Source of the DNA: Histomonas meleagridis 2922-C6/04-290x
Taxonomy: Eukaryota; Protista; Parabasalia
Reading direction: 5' to 3'
NCBI GenBank assembly: GCA_020184695.1
Contig: JAANOX010000224.1
Coordinates: 186,001-250,000, forward strand
DNA: 64,000 bases
The notes below the pieces were generated by a model, which saw only the letters and a program-made list of their open reading frames with translations, searched no databases and was not told the origin of the DNA. Positions 20,306-31,325 of this stretch are shown in pieces. Position 1 is the first letter of the stretch. Every line of letters starts with the position of its first letter. The position numbers were made by a program, and so were the translations under genes.

Positions 20306-20645
20306 AATATATGAGTTAAAAACAAAAGAAATGCAAATTCTTATATAATCAAATAAATAACTGGAAAATCGCACACAATAATACACAAACGATTTATTGT
20401 ATTTTGAATTTATCAAATCGAAATTTCGAAATATTTGATAAATTATAAAATTCGTAATTAAATAAATATATGAGTTAAAAACAAAAGAAATGCAAATTCT
20501 TATATAATCAAATAAATAACTGGAAAATCGCACACTATAATACACAAACGATTTATTGTATTTTGAATTTATCAAATCGAAATTTCGAAATATTTAACAA
20601 TTTCTAAAATTTGTAATTAAATGAAAATATGAGTTAAAAACAAAA
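20306..20645. repeat. Intergenic tandem repeat, 159-bp period, about 2.1 copies
   Basis: ATGAGTTAAAAACAAAA recurs at 20311, 20470 and 20629; the first two units are nearly identical. Confidence 0.9.
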
Positions 20646-20659
20646 TTTATTCAAACAGT

Positions 20660-23116
20660 TTAAAGTTGCGATATCTCTTTCACTGAGTTCTGTCTCTGTT
20701 TTTTCAGCTTTTCTATTTTTCTTGCAGCTTTATCCGCGATGTCTGATGAGTGCTGAAGCGATCTCTGCTCATTCGGCACATACTGAGTCTGCGCGAACGA
20801 CGAAAAGTTATTATTTCTTTGAGTCAACAATTGGAACTCTTCAATTCTTGCGATTTCGTCTGCCAAATACGACTTCTCTTTTATCAAATTCCTCAATTCA
20901 TTACCAATTATATCTTGGAACGCTTCGAATGAATTTTCGGAAATAAATTTTTCGAGTTGATCGATTTCATTTTGTATTTGTATTTGATATGATTCGATTT
21001 CATTATATTCATTATTTATGTTTCGTGATAACCAATCGTTTCTTCTTTGCTCCAAAAGTTGAAATGATTTATCGATTGATTCTTGTTCGAACTTTAGATG
21101 TACTGAACGCGTTTCAAGTTCGACATTTTCCAATTTAATTGATTTCATTTTGTTTTGAAGTGATTTTTCTTTTCGTAAATAATTTTGTTTGAAATTCGTC
21201 GAATATGTTCTTTCTCTTTCGAGTTCTTGAAGAATTCCATCAGCTCCTTCATTATAAATGGTTTTAAGTGAATCGATTTGTTCTTTAATTTGTTGAAGTT
21301 CATTTATACGTTGCGAAACTGTTGGTAACACTTTCGATTTCGCTTCTGTTAAAGTTGTTAACATTGGATTTATTTGTTCGTCAATCGATTTCTGTAATGT
21401 TTGTGTGGTGTTTTGTATGTTCATATTAAAGAAATCATTTGGAAGTTCGAATATTTCAGTGATTTCAGATATAAGTGAATCTGTGTAATCATCAAAGTTG
21501 AATGATGATATGGAAACTTCAAAGTTTTTCATAATGAATGAGAGATCATTGGAAAAACTATACTTTACGTTTGATAGAGAATTATTGATTTCGCTTTTGA
21601 GATTACGTTCCATACGTTCAAATTGTGTATTTGTTGTGTCAATTGGCGGAGATGTGATAATTTGTGGTGGGCGATAAAATGGTGAATAGTATGGATGCGA
21701 TTGCGTTGCTGGAAATTGCATTTGTTGTAATGAAATTTGCGGATTTTGATTAATGTTTTCATTTTGTAATGGAAGTGATACAGGTGCTTGAACTGTGTTT
21801 ATTTGGTTTGCTTGTGGTTGGACAGTGTTATATTGCTGTGGCTGTTGCAACGGCGTTTGACTTACTTCATTTTGATTTGGAATTATATTATTGTTTTGCT
21901 GATTTTGCATTGGCGTTTGACTTATGTTATTTATATTATTTTGCTGTGTTTGCATTAAATTCGTGTTCTGAGGTAACGCTGCATTGCTTATGTTATTCAT
22001 AGTATTTTGTTGTGGATTTTGAATTGGAATTTGATTTATTTCATTTTGTTGATTTTGATTCGTAATGTTATTGTTTTGTAATGGCATTTGGTTATTATCA
22101 TTTTGTTGTTGCAGTTGAATTATATTATTATTTGTCTGTGTCTGTTGTAGTGGTGTTTGCATTATGTCATTTTGTTGTTGTGATTGAATTATATTATTAT
22201 TTTGCTGTACAGATGTTAACTTTGGTGTTTCTGTGATTTGCTGTTTTAAATTTTGATCTAAGTTCAGTTGCAATTGCTTTTCTTTGTTCGGCGTCTGCTG
22301 CTGCGCGCCTTTGTTGAGTGGAGTCGTTCCCAGTAACCTTTGGAACCTCGGGCGAGGAACAGGCGGAGCTTCGTCTTCGTTGTTTTCTTTTGTTTGGTTA
22401 TTTTGTAAGTCGTTTGTGTTCTGTGGTATTTGAAGCATTGGTCGGGAAATTTGTTTTCCGTTTGGATTTGATGGGTTTGGATTATTTGCTTGCATCATCA
22501 TGTGTAAATTATTCGGAATTTGTGGTGTTTTATAAGGTTTATTGTCATTTGTTATTTGCACGTGATTAATGATATCCAGTGGCTTTGATTTTGGTGGTGG
22601 AACAGGTGGAAGTTTTGCAAACATTTCGAAAGATACGGAAGAATTCCCTTCAATTGATTCTTGTCGAGTAGGACTTTGATCAAGTGATTGCTGTTTATTT
22701 CTTTTCTCTCTTTTCTCATTCATTGATATCGTATCACTATCAAAACCATCAAGATTAAACGCCATGTTGTTGGTTCCTTTTGGTGTTAGAAGTGGACTCT
22801 TGGGATCGTCTGCGCCGAAGTCAAAATGTGACATTTCTGAGCTTGGACCAGTTTCATTGGCTTTCTCAATCGTGCCTTTACTTAAAAGTCCGCGGCCCAA
22901 TCCTAATCTGGGTGTAGTTTCCAATCGATTAGTTGTGTTATTTGGTATGGGGCTTATTGCTGGTGGCCTTGAAGTTGTTTCATTTTGATTTGTTTTCTTT
23001 TTGTCAACATCAGAATTTATATCAGATAATCCAACATCAATATCTTCATCATCTGTATTAAATTCGAATGAATCAAAATTATCAATTTCGCTTAAAGGTG
23101 GGGAATTATGGTTCAT
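20660..23116 (-). CDS. Hypothetical protein with a Q/N/P-rich low-complexity middle and coiled-coil C-terminus
   Basis: 818-aa ORF with an acidic N-terminus, repeated QTPLQQ/QNNN tracts and a heptad-rich C-terminal 300 aa. Confidence 0.8.
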   Translation of the reverse strand: MNHNSPPLSEIDNFDSFEFNTDDEDIDVGLSDINSDVDKKKTNQNETTSRPPAISPIPNNTTNRLETTPRLGLGRGLLSKGTIEKANETGPSSEMSHFDFGADDPKSPLLTPKGTNNMAFNLDGFDSDTISMNEKREKRNKQQSLDQSPTRQESIEGNSSVSFEMFAKLPPVPPPKSKPLDIINHVQITNDNKPYKTPQIPNNLHMMMQANNPNPSNPNGKQISRPMLQIPQNTNDLQNNQTKENNEDEAPPVPRPRFQRLLGTTPLNKGAQQQTPNKEKQLQLNLDQNLKQQITETPKLTSVQQNNNIIQSQQQNDIMQTPLQQTQTNNNIIQLQQQNDNNQMPLQNNNITNQNQQNEINQIPIQNPQQNTMNNISNAALPQNTNLMQTQQNNINNISQTPMQNQQNNNIIPNQNEVSQTPLQQPQQYNTVQPQANQINTVQAPVSLPLQNENINQNPQISLQQMQFPATQSHPYYSPFYRPPQIITSPPIDTTNTQFERMERNLKSEINNSLSNVKYSFSNDLSFIMKNFEVSISSFNFDDYTDSLISEITEIFELPNDFFNMNIQNTTQTLQKSIDEQINPMLTTLTEAKSKVLPTVSQRINELQQIKEQIDSLKTIYNEGADGILQELERERTYSTNFKQNYLRKEKSLQNKMKSIKLENVELETRSVHLKFEQESIDKSFQLLEQRRNDWLSRNINNEYNEIESYQIQIQNEIDQLEKFISENSFEAFQDIIGNELRNLIKEKSYLADEIARIEEFQLLTQRNNNFSSFAQTQYVPNEQRSLQHSSDIADKAARKIEKLKKQRQNSVKEISQL

Positions 23117-23813
23117 TAGAAAACATACGTTTAGAATTTTGAAATTATAAATAAATAAACTTCAGAAATTTTCACTCCAATCATTGCAACATATGTTGAA
23201 ATATGAGTTTTGCCATACAAAAGCAAGGGTTGGTCTGATTCAATAACAATTTCATTATTAACAGGATGAAATAATTTTACAGCTTCTTCAATACGTTTGT
23301 GAGGATTCCTTTAATGTCAATTTTTTTGTAAAAGTTTTTTAACATCTTCAGTTTGCATTTATCAGTGCTGTACCAAATAACTTGAATGTATCTTTGATCA
23401 ATATGGTTATAATTTGCGCTAGTATTTTGATAGTACTATGTTGATATTCTTTGTTTCTTCAAATTAAATTTTTGATGCATAATTTTGTAATCAATCAACA
23501 ATGGGTGTGGAATTTGCCAGAACGAAAATTTCAACTTCCTGCAAAACAAAGGTATTCCACCGCAATAATTTTTAAATCGTCTTTAAATTATATTTATGGG
23601 ACATATGAATATAAATTGATTATTAATGATCATCTTATTATATGGATAAACTCCAAGATTTGAACCAATACTATTATATTAAATGCAGTAAAACGTCCTA
23701 ATATACTTAGCCATCATGAATTATACTCAAAAACAATCTTTTAATAAAAGAAAAAAGAAAATAATAAATGTTTGATGGTAATTGTCTTTATAAAAAAGTT
23801 TTCTTTGAAAAAG

Positions 23814-24461
23814 CTAATAACCGTCAGAAGATTCAAAACTATCGGAGGACGATACGTCTTTCTCTTGCTCTTCATCAGGAAGAACTTTTTCTTCTCCTGG
23901 ATTATCAATAGGTATCTTTTTCGGCTGAACGAGTTCTGATTCATTCCAGCCATAATATGTTTGGAAAGCAATGAACATGCAAAGAACTCCAAAGAAAAAT
24001 GTGAGAGAGAAACTATAACTGGAATATTCTATTTTCTTGGTTATGAATATTTTGCATGGTTCTGATTCAGGTGATGTGTATGCTATAAAGCCACTGCCAC
24101 TATTGATGTTGCCAAATAATGAATGGTTAACAGATAGATTCACAAGGGAAGTGTGCAAGCCACACCTTGGTTCGAAATATAGATTAAGATTTGAAATAAG
24201 ATTAAAACGATTATCTGTTAGTTCAAATAAATTATCTTTTTTGTTCTTTAAAGAAAGGATGTGAAGATTGCTGTGATTCCAGTTTGAAGGTGAAATATCA
24301 ATGTGAAAATCAGATGATGCAAAAGAAGAAGAAACTTTGATCTTGAATTTTTCGGAAAGAAATGGACACTTATTTTCTGCAAGCCAAGTTCCTGTTAAGC
24401 ACGATTTTGCATTTTTAAGATCATGATTACTGAAGATGGCTAATACCAAAGGAAAAAACAT
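23814..24461 (-). CDS. Hypothetical type I membrane protein
   Basis: Signal-like MFFPLVLAIFS from ATG 24461; TM FSLTFFFGVLCMFIAF; acidic cytoplasmic tail. Confidence 0.65.
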   Translation of the reverse strand: MFFPLVLAIFSNHDLKNAKSCLTGTWLAENKCPFLSEKFKIKVSSSFASSDFHIDISPSNWNHSNLHILSLKNKKDNLFELTDNRFNLISNLNLYFEPRCGLHTSLVNLSVNHSLFGNINSGSGFIAYTSPESEPCKIFITKKIEYSSYSFSLTFFFGVLCMFIAFQTYYGWNESELVQPKKIPIDNPGEEKVLPDEEQEKDVSSSDSFESSDGY

Positions 24462-24729
24462 GTTAATATGAAGATAACGATCAATATTCACACAAAAATT
24501 ATTAAGAAATTTTGTGTGTTTTATTTGAAACTGTTTTCACAGTTCACAACACCCTAGAAATCCTTTTTAAACTGCTTTGTGTAAATTTAAACAAAACTTA
24601 ATTAAAAACCATAAACCTTATTAATAATATTTTAAGTGATTTTTTTCTTTTCGCTTCCTTAAGTTGAAAAAAATGATGAATTTGCTTTCGTGAATAATAT
24701 TATATTTACTCAATGACTTAAAAACAGAT

Positions 24730-24801
24730 TCGCTGATAGTGTAATGGTTATCATGTAGGATTGTCGTTCCTGTGATCCGGGTTCGATTCCCGGTCAGCGA
24801 G
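24730..24801 (+). tRNA. trnD: tRNA-Asp (anticodon GTC)
   Basis: 72-nt cloverleaf: acceptor TCGCTGA/TCAGCGA, D-arm TAGTGTAATGGTTATCAT, anticodon arm TAGGA-TTGTCGT-TCCTG, T-arm CCGGG-TTCGATT-CCCGG. No encoded CCA. Confidence 0.95.
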
Positions 24802-24808
24802 TTTTTTT
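24802..24808 (+). terminator. RNA Pol III oligo-dT terminator
   Basis: A T7 run directly follows the tRNA discriminator base. Confidence 0.7.
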
Positions 24809-24877
24809 GTGTTTTTTTTAACTTATTTTATAAATTGCTGTTCGTTTTTGTTTTTACATTTATCAATCCATCATTAA

Positions 24878-27800
24878 TTACAAAGAATCTTTTACTAAGT
24901 TTCTATAACTAAAAACATGTTTCTTTTGTTGAACTTCCTTTTTCTCTATTTTTGGAACTTTAACCTTAAACATTTCGCAAAGTTTCGTTATTCCTTCTGC
25001 ACATTTATCGAAGTCATTTTTCCAATCAATGTCTGACAGCAAGTTCTGCATCTCTATCAAATCTATAGTTTCATCATTTTCTTCTTCTTCTTCTGTGTGA
25101 TCAAATATACTGAACACTTCAATCGCTTCATTTAATTCATTTGCAGCTTTTTCTCTCACGACAGGATATTCGCAAACAAAAGTCGGTGCAAACAGTTCAA
25201 AAGATTTCCTTTTCTGTTCTCCAACACATAGAATGGACAGCCATGCGAGTGTTGGCGCCGACACCATTAATTTACGATATGTAATTTTTTTGAAGAAATT
25301 TGTAACAGTAACCAAAAACTCTTCTGTAAAATCATGCAGTAACTTCCCCATAAATAATCCTTCGCTTAAAATTTTTGGAATAAATGAAAACAAAGATGAA
25401 GTGAAAGTCACATCACATCTGAACTTTTTGAATAGTGTGTTAACGTTTTTTGCCATTTTCACTTTATTTTCTTCACTATTTTGCATGAAATGTATTAATG
25501 CATTTCCAGCTCTTTGTGAAAGATCAGGTGCATAAGCTCCGATACATAAAATTAATTTTTCGCAAATAAATGGAGCGAAATCATCAACCGAAATTAAAGA
25601 AGCGAAATTTTTGAAATCATTTGCATTCTCTTCTTTTAAGAAAAGTAAATTTTCTCGATGTGGAATTGTTTTAGCTTCTACAAGTTTCTTCATAACTTCT
25701 AATGATAATTCTCTAATTCCAGTGATTCGATCCAAACATAATTTTAATACATCGCAAAGTAATGACTTTGCTAATTCTTCATTTGGAAGTAATTCCAATA
25801 TCATTCGAAGTGACATCGCACGTACTGATGCACCTTCATCGCCTCTTTTTGTTGTAGTTCTATCATTAAGTCCGATACTTAATAATTCTGATACAGTTTT
25901 ACAATCAGTAAATTTTGATATACCAACAATTGATTGTAATAAATTTGATTTCGTTTCGATTTTTGTTTCGGGATTTTTCAATAAATTTAATATAATTTCA
26001 ATAATTCGTTTTATGTTTGTCTGAAGATACCAATTTGGAAATGAAATTAACGAAGCTGCAATTCCAGGATTAGAAATCTTTGTTAATAATTCATCAAAGA
26101 AATTGGATTCCAAATATTTATTTTCTTCGTCTTTTAAATATAACAATGCATCAATTGCAGATTTTTGTACCTTTTGCGAGTCACTTAAAAGCCATTCGAT
26201 AATTGTTTGCGTTAAATTTGGTGTTTCAATTTTTCTTTTTGTTGCAGCGCTTAACATTTTAATAAATGAACATTTAATATCATCGCTTTTACATTCGTCA
26301 GGTAACACTAAGTAATCTTTGATAATCGAATAATCAATTTCGATAACTCTTAAAAGACTTCCTAACGCTTCTAATCCTCCATGTTTGACATCAATATCAT
26401 AAGATGAACAACAATCACAAATTGCATATATTATATCTTCTGTGATTAATTCTTTTTGTGCTGTTGCTATAATAGATAAACTTTGTGATGCGAGCATTCT
26501 AATCTCATAATCCCAATGTCGAATTCGATTATTAGCTAAATATGTTACTATTGATTCCCCATATTCAGGAAATTGTGCTATAAATGGCGCAATTTTCGTA
26601 AAGCAGCCAATGCGTGAAGAAACAGACAAAAAATCTGCTACATGAATCAATTCAAGTCCATGTGGAAACTTTCCATGTCGTCCAACATTTTCTTGAAATG
26701 CTGCTGATGCTGATCTTCGTACATTTACTGCTCGATCAAACAAAAACACATTCACTAAATGTTGTGCTATTTGTGTCGCAACACTTTCTAAATGGACTCC
26801 ATCATATGAACGTGCTATTGCCCAACATATAAAACAACCTGAATCTCGAACATTATCTGCAACTGTATGCGCTCCATATTGGACATCATATGTTAATGCA
26901 TTAAATATTAATGGAATTGTCTTAAGTAAAACTGATGGTAAAAGAACTCCGCGAAGAGTAAATGCTACTAAACATAAACATGCACCATTAATAAGATTAT
27001 AATTATCTGTGTCTTCAAATAGACTAAATGTATATTCAATTGCTTGTGACGCAAATGAATATGGAAGGCGTTCAACAATTCGACCAATTCCTTTGGAGGC
27101 ACTCCATCGAACAATTGAAAGATTACTATGAAGGGCATTAAAAAGCATTCCAATGATCGTGTTAACTTCTAATGGAACTTCATATTCCTCATTAATATAC
27201 ATGTCATCACCGGACGATACATTGTTAACTTCTGAATTTTGTTGGTGTTTGCCAACTTTTTCAATATTAACCGTTCTTTTGCCTCTTTGATATCGCCATG
27301 GTGCAATATGCGGAGGAAGGAAAGAAAGAGCAAGTTGTTGGATAATCTTTGCATGGAAAAGTCTGTGGTGAGCAGATGGTGATTCTGCAAGAGGGCCAAT
27401 TGACTTAAGTATTTCTGAAGCAAATGGAAGAACCCAAGATCTATCATAGCTTGTTAGCATGTAAAATATACAACGAAGATAACCAGTAATAAGCCTTTCA
27501 TGATTCCCACTAAAAGAAGAAAATGCATTACGTAGAAACGCATCACGATTTTCAATCATATCTTTGCGAAGAAGAAGTCTAGATAAGAAAAATGAAGAGG
27601 CTTCACTATCGCGAGATGGTGATGACAAAAGATCAGTGGATTTGGTGATAATTTCAGAAATAAGTTTTTTACGTTTTTCTGATTCGAAGGAAATATCAAA
27701 TGGAACAAGCGAAAGCTGTGAAAGCCATAATAATAAAACATAAAGCACTTCCCATCTTTCAATTTTTTGGCAAAAAGCATTTGATACTGGTTCAAATAAT

Positions 27801-28180
27801 TCAACTTCGTTAGGGAAAAGTTGTAATAGTTCACGAAAGCCACGAATCTTTGATAATGTATAAATACAATAGTAAATTGTTTTTGGAAAAGGTTGGCCAA
27901 AATACTTACGACAAGTACTTGTTAATTCACCAATTAATTTTGCTAGAATTGGATCAAGTAATTGTGGCATTTCTTGATATTTAGTAACCAAATCAATAAT
28001 CTTTGCGGCTGATTCGTTATCTTCTACATTTTGACATAATAATTGGGTTAGCCTTTGAATTTCGCCTTCATTTTCAAGAATTGCGCTTTCACTTATTAAA
28101 GGATCATCAACAATTGAATCCTTATTTTCGTTGATTACAATTGTTGATAGATTATCAGCAACAGAGATTTTTTCAGCCAT
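24878..28180 (-). CDS. TBCD: Tubulin-folding cofactor D
   Basis: 1100 aa. Hallmark motifs KYQEMPQLLDP, APWRYQRG, VRWSASKGIGRI, VRDSGCFICWAIAR, FDRAVNVRRSASAAFQENVGR and RGDEGASVR. Confidence 0.93.
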   Translation of the reverse strand: MAEKISVADNLSTIVINENKDSIVDDPLISESAILENEGEIQRLTQLLCQNVEDNESAAKIIDLVTKYQEMPQLLDPILAKLIGELTSTCRKYFGQPFPKTIYYCIYTLSKIRGFRELLQLFPNEVELFEPVSNAFCQKIERWEVLYVLLLWLSQLSLVPFDISFESEKRKKLISEIITKSTDLLSSPSRDSEASSFFLSRLLLRKDMIENRDAFLRNAFSSFSGNHERLITGYLRCIFYMLTSYDRSWVLPFASEILKSIGPLAESPSAHHRLFHAKIIQQLALSFLPPHIAPWRYQRGKRTVNIEKVGKHQQNSEVNNVSSGDDMYINEEYEVPLEVNTIIGMLFNALHSNLSIVRWSASKGIGRIVERLPYSFASQAIEYTFSLFEDTDNYNLINGACLCLVAFTLRGVLLPSVLLKTIPLIFNALTYDVQYGAHTVADNVRDSGCFICWAIARSYDGVHLESVATQIAQHLVNVFLFDRAVNVRRSASAAFQENVGRHGKFPHGLELIHVADFLSVSSRIGCFTKIAPFIAQFPEYGESIVTYLANNRIRHWDYEIRMLASQSLSIIATAQKELITEDIIYAICDCCSSYDIDVKHGGLEALGSLLRVIEIDYSIIKDYLVLPDECKSDDIKCSFIKMLSAATKRKIETPNLTQTIIEWLLSDSQKVQKSAIDALLYLKDEENKYLESNFFDELLTKISNPGIAASLISFPNWYLQTNIKRIIEIILNLLKNPETKIETKSNLLQSIVGISKFTDCKTVSELLSIGLNDRTTTKRGDEGASVRAMSLRMILELLPNEELAKSLLCDVLKLCLDRITGIRELSLEVMKKLVEAKTIPHRENLLFLKEENANDFKNFASLISVDDFAPFICEKLILCIGAYAPDLSQRAGNALIHFMQNSEENKVKMAKNVNTLFKKFRCDVTFTSSLFSFIPKILSEGLFMGKLLHDFTEEFLVTVTNFFKKITYRKLMVSAPTLAWLSILCVGEQKRKSFELFAPTFVCEYPVVREKAANELNEAIEVFSIFDHTEEEEENDETIDLIEMQNLLSDIDWKNDFDKCAEGITKLCEMFKVKVPKIEKKEVQQKKHVFSYRNLVKDSL

Positions 28181-28577
28181 ATTTAAAGATATACGTTTAT
28201 TAATAAAAGTGCCAATTTTATTAAACTAAAAGGTTCAGCAAGTATTTTGTTTAAATATTAAAGAAAAAGCATATGTAAAAACTTCATTGGATTTATTTGA
28301 AATATTCAGTATGCAAGAAGTACTTACAAACATGTTAGAAATTATCAGATATAATATGTAATATGTAAAAATCAAGTAATGTAGAAATTTAAATTTAAAT
28401 CGACAAAAATGTTGTCAACCTTAGGCAGCTAAGAATTTTAGATAAATGAATTAAAAATACAATTATTTTAAGAAAGATGAGATGTAAATATTTTGTAAAC
28501 TTCATAAACAGTATCGATCATGTAAAATTCACAATAATTATCTAAAATATGCCATTTTCTTTCTATCATTTTTATTC

Positions 28578-30134
28578 ATGAAGAAAACAAAAAAGCCTAT
28601 TTTAGGGATTGATTTTGGTACAACTTATAGTTGTATTGCTGTAATTAAAGATGGTGTTATTCAAATTTTAAATAATGAAAATTATCATCATTCAATACCT
28701 TCATATGTTGCAATCGAAGAAAATGGAGATTTGATTATTGGTGAAGCTGCAAAAGATCAAGCTCCGTTTCATCCAACTTCTACAATTTTTGATTCCAAAC
28801 GTATGATTGGGCGCACATTTAATGATCCATGTGTTCAAAGTGATATACATCATTGGCCATTTAAAGTTGTTCCTGGTAAAAACAATTTACCCATGGTTGA
28901 AGTTCAAGTTAATAATAAGCCTAGTTTATATTCAGCTGTTGAGATTTCCTCCTTCGTTTTTCATCACTTGAAATTAATTGCTGATAGTTATCTTTCTCTT
29001 GATTCAAACGACACTGATTATGCAGTTATTACAGTTCCAGCATATTTTAATGCTGTTCAACGTGAAGCTATTCTGGAAGCAGGACGACTTGCAAACCTTA
29101 ATATATTACGAATCATTGATGAACCAACAGCTGCTGCCATTGCATTTGGCTTTAAAGAACTATATAACATCTCAAAGAAAATTTTAGTTTTTGACTTTGG
29201 TGGTGGTACACTCGACTTATCACTATTAGATGTTGATAAACGTAATTTTGTAGTACTTGCAACAGGAGGCGACACACATTTTGGTGGTCAAGATTTTGAT
29301 AATAAATTAGTCGAATATCTTGCGAAGAAAATACAGAAGAAATATAATTATAATATTTATGAAAATAAACGAGCACTTCTTATACTAAGAAGTCAATGTG
29401 AAAAAGCAAAAATAATGTTGTCAAATACAAGTATTTCCAAGGCATTAATTTTTTGTGCGAATTTATTTAATGGAATTGATTTCAAATATGAACTTACACA
29501 AGCGAAATTCGAGAAAATTAATGAAGAGCTTTTCGAAAAAATCAAAACGCCAATTATTCAAATTTTGGAAATTGCAAGAATTAACAAAGAAAACATTGAT
29601 AATGTTATACTCATTGGAGGTACATCACGAATTCCACTTGTAAGGAAAATTGTATCAGATTTCTTCAACGGGAAAATCCTTATGAATATTGATCCTGAAA
29701 AAGCAGTTGCACAAGGCGCAGCAATCGAAGCAGCAAGCAATGAAGAAGAAGAAGACTTCCCAATTATTAGATACACTTCAGTAATCTCTCAATCTATAGG
29801 TGTCGAAATAAATAGAACTGATATGGATATAATACTTAAACATGGTGAACAAATCCCTGTTAAATCTCAACCATTATACTATACACCAATAGAACAGGAT
29901 CAACCAAAAGTTTACATTAAGGTTTATGCGGGCGATAACCCAAAAACAAAAGATAATGTGTTCTTGGGAATGTTTGAATTAAAAGTTACAAAACCCGAAA
30001 GCGGTCAAAATCCGAAAATTGAGGTGAGATTGGAAATAGATAAAAATGGAATTTTAGATGTCACAGCTAAAGATATGGCTGCAGGAACATCAGATAAAAT
30101 GAGGATAAAAGTGGAAAAGATATTGAATTTGTAA
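28578..30134 (+). CDS. Divergent HSP70/DnaK-family protein lacking the C-terminal lid
   Basis: GIDFGTTYS, AVITVPAYFN, RIIDEPTAAA, VFDFGGGTLDLS, THFGGQDFD and ILIGGTSRIP. It ends after the substrate-binding beta-domain (IEVRLEIDKNGILDVTA) at 518 aa. Confidence 0.92.
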   Translation: MKKTKKPILGIDFGTTYSCIAVIKDGVIQILNNENYHHSIPSYVAIEENGDLIIGEAAKDQAPFHPTSTIFDSKRMIGRTFNDPCVQSDIHHWPFKVVPGKNNLPMVEVQVNNKPSLYSAVEISSFVFHHLKLIADSYLSLDSNDTDYAVITVPAYFNAVQREAILEAGRLANLNILRIIDEPTAAAIAFGFKELYNISKKILVFDFGGGTLDLSLLDVDKRNFVVLATGGDTHFGGQDFDNKLVEYLAKKIQKKYNYNIYENKRALLILRSQCEKAKIMLSNTSISKALIFCANLFNGIDFKYELTQAKFEKINEELFEKIKTPIIQILEIARINKENIDNVILIGGTSRIPLVRKIVSDFFNGKILMNIDPEKAVAQGAAIEAASNEEEEDFPIIRYTSVISQSIGVEINRTDMDIILKHGEQIPVKSQPLYYTPIEQDQPKVYIKVYAGDNPKTKDNVFLGMFELKVTKPESGQNPKIEVRLEIDKNGILDVTAKDMAAGTSDKMRIKVEKILNL

Positions 30135-31325
30135 AAAAAAAAAGTAAATGGTGTAATAAATAGCTATAACAGAATGATTTAATTTTTTATTTCTTTCAAA
30201 AATGCTTTAAACTATTTTTTCCATGCATAATGAAAAATGCTTATTTAATTTCATATTTAATTGATTTCTTGAAACACTTAAAACATATAAATATTTATTA
30301 CAAATAAAATAGTTCTAACTTAAAAATACAAATAAATTATTATGCAATAATCTTGAAACAAATTTTATTAGATTCTTCCCACCTGAAATATATGCAAGCC
30401 TAACCCCAATCTTTAAAGTGTTTTAGCAGTGTTGTAATATTGGCAACATGTTGGTAATGTCGTTTTCCGTTTTTTGGTGATCGGCGTTCATTGACAACCG
30501 TTTAAAATGTGACGGTTCAAAAATCAATTTCAGCGGCAAGCATTGAATTAGGAACGGTTGAGTGGTTGTAAAATAATAAAAACATTTTGAAAAGCATAAA
30601 CCGTCGTCATAAAACGAGTTTTTTTGGTGCGAAATCTATGGAATTTATTCCAGGATGGTGAGTACTTTGTGTGCATCTCAAAGGGGTTCAGCAGGAAAAG
30701 CCCTGACAGCTTTCAGCGCTCAAATTTGAGGGGAAATAAAGAAAGTTGATAATCTCCTTCATTGTGACGGTTTCTAAAATTTGTAACCGTTTTACCACAT
30801 CGGAGATGATTGACAGTGTTCTAAAAGTTTATAAAAGATATTAGAATATTTTGATTGCTTTATTTTGATTTTCAATTCTGTCATAAAAAAATCGAAGCAA
30901 GCTCATTCGTTTACGGGGATGGGAACTCTTCTCGTTCTGTTGATACCAAATTGGTTAAGATCTGTAAAAAGCTCAGTGTCGCTCGACAATACTTTAAAAA
31001 ATTCATTTCCCTTAGATATTAAATTCAATTCTGTCATTAATAATATTTCTAAAATGAAAATTAACTCAACTTATAGCACAAGACCTCCAAGTTTTTTTGG
31101 ACATTCTTTAGATAATTTTCTAATTTCAAATGCACTTTTTAATCAATTTTTAAAATTAATTCTTCCTTCGTTATATTCCTATTTTATTATTATTAATTTA
31201 TTATTATTTATAAATATTTTGTTATTTATCATTAAAAAATCATTTTATTTCATTAAATTCTTTAAACAAAATATTTATTTGAAAAAAACAAACAAGAAAA
31301 CAAAATATTTTTACTAATTTTCATA

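Noticed and set aside
30398-30410. CCTAACCCCAA as a telomerase RNA template
   Set aside because: A single short match with no supporting structure, and the host telomere repeat is not known from this window.
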